A DNA stretch of 64,000 nucleotides from the human T2T-CHM13v2.0 reference genome, Homo sapiens. A program made the position numbers and the translations under genes. The DNA is taken from NCBI RefSeq assembly GCF_009914755.1, contig NC_060948.1. One strand, written 5' to 3'. A model generated the notes under the pieces. It ran no database searches. It was not told where the DNA came from and was given only the letters and a program-made list of their open reading frames with translations. How positions within the stretch are numbered: the stretch's first letter is position 1; each line of letters starts with the position of its first letter. Below are positions 54,130-64,000 of this stretch, piece after piece.

Positions 54130-57100
54130 GGCCTGGAATAAAGTGGAATGCTACGGTCTCGAATGGAATAAAAATGTATGGAATGGAAAGCAATGAAACG
54201 GAATCGAATGTCATAGAATGTAATGGAATGCAAAAAAATGGAATCCAAAATCATTGACTGGAAAGGCTGGGTGTCAAAGGAATTGACTCCAATGGAATGG
54301 AATCGAATGGAATGGAAGTGAATAGAATCGAACTAAATCGAATGGAATGGAATTGATAGGAACGGAATGGAAAGGAATGCAATGATTTGGCATGGAATGG
54401 AATCGAATGGCATCGAATGGAATGGAATGGAATGCAATGGAATTGAATGTATTAGAATGTAATGAACTTTAATGGAATGTACTCGAATGGATTCGACTGG
54501 AATGGAATGTTCTGGAAGTGAATGGACTCCAATGGAATGGATTCAAAAGGAATGGAATCGTACGGAATGGAATCTAATGGAATGGAATTAAATGGAAATG
54601 AATCAAATTGAATAGCACGGAATTGAATTGAATGGAATCGAATGCAATGGAATCTAATGAAACGGAAAGGAAAGGAATGGAATGGAATGGAATGGGCTGG
54701 AATGGAAAGGAATCGAAACGAATGGAATGGAATCGAACTGAAGAGACTGGAATGGAATGCACTGGAATGGAAGGGAGTGTAATGGAAGGTTCTCGAAAAA
54801 AATGGAATCGAATGGAATGGAATTGAATGGAACGGAATAGAGTCGAATGGAATTGAATGGAATGGAATGGACTAGAGTGAAATGGAATCGAACCACAAGG
54901 AATGGACAGGAATAGAATGGTCTCGAATTGAATGGAATCGTATGGAATGGCATCAAACGGAATGGAATGGACAGCCACGGAATAGAATGCACTCGAATGC
55001 AATGGAGTCGAAACTAATGGACTGGAATAGAATGGACTCGACTGGTACGGACTCCAATGGAATGGAATCGAATGGAAGGGAATCGAACGGAATGGACTCG
55101 AAGGGAAAAGACTGCAATGGAAAGGTCTCGAATGGAATGGAAATTAATGGAATGGAATGGAATCGAATGAAATGGAGTCAAAAGGAATGGAATCGAATGG
55201 CAAGAAATCGAATGTAATGGAATCGCAAGGAATTGATGTGAACGGAACGGAATGGAATGGAATCCAAAGGAATGGAATAGAATGGAATGGAATCGAATGG
55301 AAAGGACTCGAATGGAAATCACTCGAATAGAATGCAATTTAATAAAATAGGATCAAATGTAATGGAATGGAATGGAAAGGAATCGAAACGAAAGGAATGG
55401 AGACAGATGGAATGGAATGGAACAGAGAGCAATGGTATAGAATGGAATGGAATCATCTGGAATGGAATTGAATGGAATGGAATAATATGAAATGGAATGG
55501 AATGGAATGGAATGCCCTTGAATTAAATGGACTGGAATGGAATGGACTCGAACAGAGTGGAATGGAAAGTGTTGAGATAGAATGGAATGGACTCGTTTGG
55601 AATGGTCTAGTAGGCAATGCAATCGACTGGCAGGGAATCAAAAGGAATGTAATGGAATGGATTGGACTGGAATGCAATGGACTCGAATAGATTGGAAACG
55701 GAATGCAAAGGAATGGAATGGAATAGTATGGAATGGAATGGAAAGGAATGCAGTGGAATAGACTAGAGTGGAATGGAATGGACTGGAAAGCAATGGACTG
55801 GAATGGAACTTTATTGAATGGACTGGAATCAAACGGAATGGAATGCAATGCAATCAAATGGCATGGAATAAAATAGAATGAAAGAGAATCAAATGGAATT
55901 GAATCGAATGGAATCGAATGGATTGGAAAGGAATAGAATGGAATGGAATGGAATTGACTCAAATGGAATGGACTAGAATGGAATGGATTCGAATGGAAGG
56001 CAAAGGAATGGAATCTATTGGAATGGACTGTAATGGAATGGAATGGAAGGGATTGGAATGGACTCGAATGGAATGGACTGCAATAGAAAGGATTCGAATG
56101 GAATGAAAAAGAATTGAATGGAATAGAACAGAATGGAATCAAATCGAATGAAATGGAATGGAATAGAAAGGAATGGAATGAAATGGAATGGAAAGGATTC
56201 GAATGGAATGCAATCGAATGGAATGGAATCGAACGGAATGGAATAAAATGGAAGAAAACTGGCAAGAAATGGAATCGAAATGAATGGAGTGTTATGGAAC
56301 GGACTCAAAAGGAATTGAATGTAATAGAATGGAGTGGAGTGGACTCGAATATAATGGACTGGAATGGAATGAAATCACATGGAATGGGAACGAATGGAAT
56401 GGAATGGAAAGGAATGGAATCGAATGGAAAGGAATCGAATGGAAGGGAATGAAATTGAATCAACAGGAATGGAAGGGAATAGAATAGACGGTAATGGAAT
56501 GGACTCGAATAGAATGGACACGAATGCTCAAATTGAATGGACTCGAATGGAATGGAAACGAAAGGAATGTCATCGAATGGAATTGAATCGATTGGAATGA
56601 AATCGCATAGAATGGAGTGGAATCAAATGGAATTGAATCGAAAGGAAAGGAAGCGAATGGACTGAAATGAAATGGAATGGAATTGAATGGAAAGTAATGC
56701 AATGGAATAGAATGGAACGAAATTTCACGGAATGGAATCAAACTGAATGGAATCAAACCAATGGAATGTAATCAAATGGAATGGAAAGGAATTGAATGGA
56801 GTAGATTGGATTGGATGGGATTGGAATGAAATGTACTGGAAAGGACTCGAATGTCATGAAACGGAATGGAATGAATTGGAACGGAACGGACTCGAATGGA
56901 ATGGAATGTCATGGAATGGCATCAAATGGAATGGCATCAAATGGAATGGAATCGAATGCAATGGAATGCTATGGAATGGAATGGAATGCATTTTAATGGA
57001 ATGTCCTCTAATGGAATGGATTCGAGTGGAATGGAATCGAATATAATGGAGTCGAATGAAATGGAATTGAAAGGAATGGGATCGAATACAATGGAATATA

Positions 57101-57672
57101 CTGGAATGTAATGTAATGAACTCGAATGTAATTGACTGGAATGGAATGTACATGAATGGAATGTAATCGAATGGAAAGTAATCCAATGGAATAGAATCTA
57201 ATGCAATAAAATCGACTCAGATAGAGTAGAATGTAATGGAATGGAGTGCAGTGCAATGGAATGGAATGGAATGGAATGCAATGGAATGGAATGGAATGGA
57301 ATGGAATGGAATGGAATGGTGTGGAATGGATAGTAATGGACTGGAGTGAAATGGACTGGAAAGGAATGGACTCAAATTGAATGGGCTCGAAAGGAATGGA
57401 GTCAAATGGAATGGTCTGGAATGGAATGAACACGAATGTAATGCAATCCAATAGAATGGAATCGAATGGCATGGAATATAAAGAAATGGAATCGAAGAGA
57501 ATGGAAACAAATGGAATGGAATTGAGTGGAATGGAATTGAATGGAATGGGAACGAATGGAGTGAAATTGTATGCAGTAGAAGAGAATAGAATGGAATGCA
57601 AGCGAAAGGAAAGGAATGGATTGGAATGGAATGGAATTCATTGGAATGGAAGGGTATGTAGTGTAATGGACA
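54130..57672. repeat. DYZ1 unit 16 (3543 bp)
   Basis: GGCC at 54130 to 57673; 1-bp deletion near 54276 and 5-bp loss near 55495. Confidence 0.93.
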
Positions 57673-60600
57673 GGCCTGGAATAAAGTGGAATGCTACGGT
57701 CTCGAATGGAATAAAAATGTATGGAATGGAAAGCAATGAAACGGAATCGAATGTCATAGAATGTAATGGAATGCAAAAAAATGGAATCCAAAATCATTGA
57801 CTGGAAAGGCTGGGTGTCAAAAGGAATTGACTCCAATGGAATGGAATCGAATGGAATGGAAGTGAATAGAATCGAACTAAATCGAATGGAATGGAATTGA
57901 TAGGAACGGAATGGAAAGGAATGCAATGATTTGGCATGGAATGGAATCGAATGGCATCGAATGGAATGGAATGGAATGCAATGGAATGGAATGTATTAGA
58001 ATGTAATGAACTTTAATGGAATGTACTCGAATGGATTCGACTGGAATGGAATGTTCTGGAAGTGAATGGACTCCAATGGAATGGATTCAAAAGGAATGGA
58101 ATCGTACGGAATGGAATCTAATGGAATGGAATTAAATGGAAATGAATCAAATTGAATAGCACGGAATTGAATTGAATGGAATGGAATGCAATGGAAACTA
58201 ATGAAACGGAAAGGAAATGAATGGAATGGAATGGAATGGGCTGGAATGGAAAGGAATCGAAACGAATGGAATGGAATCGAACTGAAGAGACTGGAATGGA
58301 ATGCACTGGAATGGAAGGGAGTGTAATGGAAGGTTCTCGAAAAAAATGGAATGGAATGGAATGGAATTGAATGGAACGGAATAGAGTCGAATGGAATTGA
58401 ATGGAATGGAATGGACTAGAGTGAAATGGAATCGAACCACAAGGAATGGACAGGAATAGAATGGTCTCGAATTGAATGGAATCGTATGGAATGGCATCAA
58501 ACGGAATGGAATGGACAGCCACGGAATAGAATGCACTCGAATGCAATGGAGTCGAAACTAATGGACTGGAATAGAATGGACTCGACTGGTACGGACTCCA
58601 ATGGAATGGAATCGAATGGAAGGGAATCGAACGGAATGGACTCGAAGGGAAAAGACTGCAATGGAAAGGTCTCGAATGGAATGGAAATTAATGGAATGGA
58701 ATGGAATCGAATGAAATGGAGTCCAAAGGAATGGAATCGAATGGCAAGAAATCGAATGTAATGGAATCGCAAGGAATTGATGTGAACGGAACGGAATGGA
58801 ATGGAATCCAAAGGAATGGAATAGAATGGAATGGAATCGAATGGAAAGGACTCGAATGGAAATCACTCGAATAGAATGCAATTTAATAAAATAGGATCAA
58901 ATGTAATGGAATGGAATGGAAAGGAATCGAAACGAAAGGAATGGAGACAGATGGAATGGAATGGAACAGAGAGCAATGGTATAGAATGGAATGGAATCAT
59001 CTGGAATGGAATTGAATGGAATGGAATAATATGAAATGGAATGGAATGGAATGGAATGGAATGCCCTTGAATTAAATGGACTGGAATGGAATGGACTCGA
59101 ACAGAGTGGAATGGAAAGTGTTGAGATAGAATGGAATGGACTCCTTTGGAATGGTCGAGTATGCAATGCAATCGACTGGTAGGGAATCAAAAGGAATGTA
59201 ATCGAATGGATTGGACTGGAATGCAATGGACTCGAATAGATTGGAAACGGAATGCAAAGGAATGGAATGGAATAGTATGGAATGGAATGGAAAGGAATGG
59301 AGTGGAATAGACTAGAGTGGAATGGAATGGACTGGAAAGCAATGGACTGGAATGGAACTTTCTTGAATGGACTGGAATCAAACGGAATGGAATGCAATGC
59401 AATCAAATGGCATGGAATAAAATAGAATGAAAGAGAATCAAATGGAATTGAATCGAATGGAATCGAATGGATTGGAAAGGAATAGAATGGAATGGAATGG
59501 AATGGACTAGAATGGAATGGATTCGAATGGAAGGCAAAGGAATGGAATCTATTGGAATGGACTGTAATGGAATGGAATGGAAGGGATTGGAATGGACTCG
59601 AATGGAATGGACTGCAATAGAAAGGATTCGAATGGAATGAAAAAGAATTGAATGGAATAGAACAGAATGGAATCAAATCGAATGAAATGGAATGGAATAG
59701 AAAGGAATGGAATGAAATGGAATGGAAAGGATTCGAATGGAATGCAATCGAATGGAATGGAATCGAACGGAATGGAATAAAATGGAAGAAAACTGGCAAG
59801 AAATGGAATCGAAATGAATGGAGTGTTATGGAACGGACTCAAAAGGAATTGAATGTAATAGAATGGAGTGGAGTGGACTCGAATATAATGGACTGGAATG
59901 GAATGAAATCACATGGAATGGGAACGAATGGAATGGAATGGAAAGGAATGGAATCGAATGGAAAGGAATCGAATGGAAGGGAATGAAATTGAATCAACAG
60001 GAATGGAAGGGAATAGAATAGACGGTAATGGAATGGACTCGAATAGAATGGACACGAATGCTGAAATTGAATGGACTCGAATGGAATGGAAACGAAAGGA
60101 ATGTCATCGAATGGAATTGAATCGATTGGAATGAAATCGCATAGAATGGAGTGGAATCAAATGGAATTGAATCGAAAGGAAAGGAAGCGAATGGACTGAA
60201 ATGAAATGGAATGGAATTGAATGGAAAGTAATGCAATGGAATAGAATGGAACGAAATTTCACGGAATGGAATCAAACTGAATGGAATCAAATCAATGGAA
60301 TCTAATCAAATGGAATGGAAAGGAATTGAATGGAGTAGATTGGATTGGATGGGATTGGAATGAAATGTACTGGAAAGGACTCGAATTTCATGAAACGGAA
60401 TGGAATGAATTGGAACGGAATGGACTCGAATGGAATGGAATGTCATGGAATGGCATCAAATGGAATGGCATCACATGGAATGGAATCGAATGCAATGGAA
60501 TGCTATGGAATGGAATGGAATGCATTGGAATGGAATGTCCTCTAATGGAATGGATTCGAGTGGAATGGAATCGAATATAATGGAGTCGAATGAAATGGAA

Positions 60601-61206
60601 TTGGAAGGAATGGGATCGAATACAATGGAATATACTGGAATGTAATGTAATGAACTCGAATGTAATTGACTGGAATGGAATGTACATGAATGGAATGTAA
60701 TCGAATGGAAAGTAATCCAATGGAATAGAAACTAATGCAATAAAATCGACTCAAATAGAGTAGAATGTAATGGAATGGAGATCAGTGCAATGGAATGGAA
60801 TGGAATGGAATGCAATGGAATGGAATGGAATGGAATGGAATGGGATGGAATGGTGTGGAATGGATAGTAATGGACTGGTGTGAAATGGACTGGAAAGGAA
60901 TGGACTCAAATTGAAAGGGCTCGAAAGGAATGGAGTCAAATGGAATGGTCTGGAATGGAATGAACACGAATGTAATGCAATCCAATAGAATGGAATCGAA
61001 TGGCATGGAATATAAAGAAATGGAATCGAAGAGAATGGAAACAAATGGAATGGAATTGAATGGAATGGAATTGAATGGAATGGGAAGAAATGGAGTGAAA
61101 TTGTATGCAGTAGAAGAGAATAGAATGGAATGCAAGTGAAAGGAAAGGAATGGATTGGAATGGAATGGAATTCATTGGAATGGAAGGGAATGTAGTGTAA
61201 TGGACA
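57673..61206. repeat. DYZ1 unit 17 (3534 bp, shortest)
   Basis: GGCC at 57673 to 61207; 15-bp deletion near 59495. Confidence 0.93.
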
Positions 61207-64000
61207 GGCCTGGAATAAAGTGGAATGCTAGGGTCTCGAATGGAATAAAAATGTATGGAATGGAATGCAATGAAATGGAATCGAATGTCATAGAATGTAA
61301 TGGAATGCAAAAAAATGGAATCCAAAATCATTGACTGGAAAGGCTGGGTGTCGAAAGGAATTGACTCCAATGGAATGGAATCGAATGGAATGGAAGTGAA
61401 TAGAATCGAACTAAATCGAATGGAATGGAATTGATAGGAACGGAATGGAAAGGAATGCAATGATTTGGCATGGAATGGAATCGAATGGCATCGAATGGAA
61501 TGGAATGGAATGCAATGGAATGGAATGTATTAGAATGTAATGAACTTTAATGGAATGTACTCGAATGGATTCGACTGGAATGGAATGTTCTGGAAGTGAA
61601 TGGACTCCAATGGAATGGATTCAAAAGGAATGGAATCGTACGGAATGGAATCTAATGGAATGGAATTAAATGGAAATGAATCAAATTGAATAGCACGGAA
61701 TTGAATTGAATGGAATGGAATGCAATGGAATCTAATGAAACGGAAAGGAAAGGAATGGAATGGAATGGAATGGGCTGGAATGGAAAGGAATCGAAACGAA
61801 TGGAATGGAATCGAACTGAAGAGACTGGAATGGAATGCACTGGAATGGAAGGGAGTGTAATGGAAGGTTCTCGAAAAAAATGGAATGGAATGGAATGGAA
61901 CTGAATGGAACGGAATAGAGTCGAATGGAATTGAATGGAATGGAATGGACTAGAGTGAAATGGAATCGAACCACAAGGAATGGACAGGAATAGAATGGTC
62001 TCGAATTGAATGGAATCGTATGGAATGGCATCAAACGGAATGGAATGGACAGCCACGGAATGGAATGCACTCGAATGCAATGGAGTCGAAACTAATGGAC
62101 TGGAATAGAATGGACTCGACTGGTACGGACTCCAATGGAATGGAATCGAATGGAAGGGAATCGAACGGAATGGACTCGAAGGGAAAAGACTGCAATGGAA
62201 AGGTCTCGAATGGAATGGAAATTAATGGAATGGAATGGAATCGAATGAAATGGAGTCAAAAGGAATGGAATCGAATGGCAAGAAATCGAATGTAATGGAA
62301 TCGCAAGGAATTGATGTGAACGGAACGGAATGGAATGGAATCCAAAGGAATGGAATAGAATGGAATGGAATCGAATGGAAAGGACTCGAATGGAAATCAC
62401 TCGAATAGAATGCAATTTAATAAAATAGGATCAAATGTAATGGAATGGAATGGAAAGGAATCGAAACGAAAGGAATGGAGACAGATGGAATGGAATGGAA
62501 CAGAGAACAATGGTATAGAATGGAATGGAATCATCTGGAATGGAATTGAATGGAATGGAATAATATGAAATGGAATGGAATGGAATGGAATGGAATGCCC
62601 TTGAATTAAATGGACTGGAATGGAATGGACTCGAACAGAGTGGAATGGAAAGTGTTGAGATAGAATGGAATGGACTCCTTTGGAATGGTCTAGTATGCAA
62701 TGCAATCGACTGGCAGGGAATCAAAAGGAATGTAATGGAATGGATTGGACTGGAATGCAATGGACTCGAATAGATTGGAAACGGAATGCAAAGGAATGGA
62801 ATGGAATAGTATGGAATGGAATGGAAAGGAATGGAGTGGAATAGACTAGAGTGGAATGGAATGGACTGGAAAGCAATGGACTGGAATGGAACTTTATTGA
62901 ATGGACTGGAATCAAACGGAATGGAATGCAATGCAATCAAATGGCATGGAATAAAATAGAATGAAAGAGAATCAAATGGAATTGAATCGAATGGAATCGA
63001 ATGGATTGGAAAGGAATAGAATGGAATGGAATGGAATTGACTCAAATGGAATGGACTAGAATGGAATGGATTCGAATGGAAGGCAAAGGAATGGAATCTA
63101 TTGGAATGGACTGTAATGGAATGGAATGGAAGGGATTGGAATGGACTCGAATGGAATGGACTGCAATAGAAAGGATTCGAATGGAATGAAAAAGAATTGA
63201 ATGGAGTAGAACAGAATGGAATCAAATCGAATGAAATGGAATGGAATAGAAAGGAATGGAATGAAATGGAATGGAAAGGATTCGAATGGAATGCAATCGA
63301 ATGGAATGGAATCGAACGGAATGGAATAAAATGGAAGAAAACTGGCAAGAAATGGAATCGAAATGAATGGAGTGTTATGGAACGGACTCAAAAGGAATTG
63401 AATGTAATAGAATGGAGTGGAGTGGACTCGAATATAATGGACTGGAATGGAATGAAATCACATGGAATGGGAACGAATGGAATGGAATGGAAAGGAATGG
63501 AATCGAATGGAAAGGAATCGAATGGAAGGGAATGAAATTAAATCAACAGGAATGGAAGGGAATAGAATAGACGGTAATGGAATGGACTCGAATAGAATGG
63601 ACACGAATGCTCAAATTGAATGGACTCGAATGGAATGGAAACGAAAGGAATGTCATCGAATGGAATTGAATCGATTGGAATGAAATCGCATAGAATGGAG
63701 TGGAATCAAATGGAATTGAATCGAAAGGAAAGGAAGCGAATGGACTGAAATGAAATGGAATGGAATTGAATGGAAAGTAATGCAATGGAATAGAATGGAA
63801 CGAAATTTCACGGAATGGAATCAAACTGAATGGAATCAAATCAATGGAATCTAATCAAATGGAATGGAAAGGAATTGAATGGAGTAGATTGGATTGGATG
63901 GGATTGGAATGAAATGTACTGGAAAGGACTCGAATTTCATGAAACGGAATGGAATGAATTGGAACGGAATGGACTCGAATGGAATGGAATGTCATGGAAT
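61207..64000. repeat. Partial DYZ1 unit 18 (runs off the right edge)
   Basis: Starts at GGCC 61207 and is colinear with the other units. Confidence 0.9.

Larger units (their letters stand above)
1..64000. repeat. DYZ1: Human satellite 3 array, DYZ1 / HSat3A6 (Yq12 heterochromatin), ~18 tandem copies of a ~3.56-kb unit; GGAAT strand on +
   Basis: Seen: degenerate (GGAAT)n throughout; unique landmarks (GGACAGGCCTGGAATAAAGTGG, GGCTGGGTGTC, CAGCCACGG, GCCCTTG) recur every 3534-3594 bp; one GGCC per unit. Known: DYZ1 is a ~3.56-kb HaeIII-defined pentamer-derived repeat. The reverse complement of 678-701 (CCTGTCCATTACACTACATTCCCT) matches the start of the classical DYZ1 clone as I recall it. Confidence 0.97.

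Noticed and set aside
20-63839. Hundreds of 60-318 aa ORFs on both strands (MEWNG- and HSIPF-repeat peptides)
   Set aside because: Pure GGAAT/ATTCC repeats have no stop codon in any frame and translate to 5-aa periodic peptides. The ORFs overlap in all frames, recur each unit and break at random, with no domains or coding signature.
1-64000. CRISPR-like repeat/spacer array
   Set aside because: There are no unique spacers and no cas genes; this is a eukaryotic tandem satellite.
1-64000. HSat2 or autosomal HSat3 (chr1/9/16), or alpha satellite with CENP-B boxes
   Set aside because: The ~3.56-kb period, single HaeIII site and DYZ1 primer-site matches point to DYZ1. There is no HSat2 CATTCGATTC-dominated pattern and no 171-bp monomer.
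1-64000. DYZ2/HSat1B blocks, Alu/L1 insertions or inversions
   Set aside because: None seen. All unit lengths are accounted for, and the GGAAT strand stays on + throughout.

Overview
The whole 64-kb window is human satellite 3 (GGAAT/ATTCC pentamer-derived) DNA, specifically the Y-chromosome DYZ1 (HSat3A6, Yq12) ~3.56-kb repeat. It contains about 18 head-to-tail copies, all with the GGAAT-rich strand on +. Each copy has one GGCC (HaeIII, within AGGCCT/StuI) landmark, at 700, 4259, 7828, 11387, 14951, 18525, 22094, 25643, 29192, 32751, 36315, 39879, 43473, 47017, 50566, 54130, 57673 and 61207. I see no real genes, RNA genes, transposons, DYZ2 blocks or inversions. All listed ORFs are artefacts of a stop-poor pentamer repeat. 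The notable content is structural and possibly regulatory: (i) three perfect canonical heat-shock elements (nGAAnnTTCnnGAAn) per unit, 48 of 54 intact, in a TEAD-motif-saturated backbone; (ii) unit lengths fully explained by a constant core, one hypervariable (GGAAT)n tract and a few indels, nearly all multiples of 5 bp; (iii) shared variants pointing to recent monomer duplications, an incipient ~7.1-kb dimer higher-order repeat, possible 3-unit-offset relics and short conversion tracts. I do not claim a new protein-coding system. All comparisons were made by eye.
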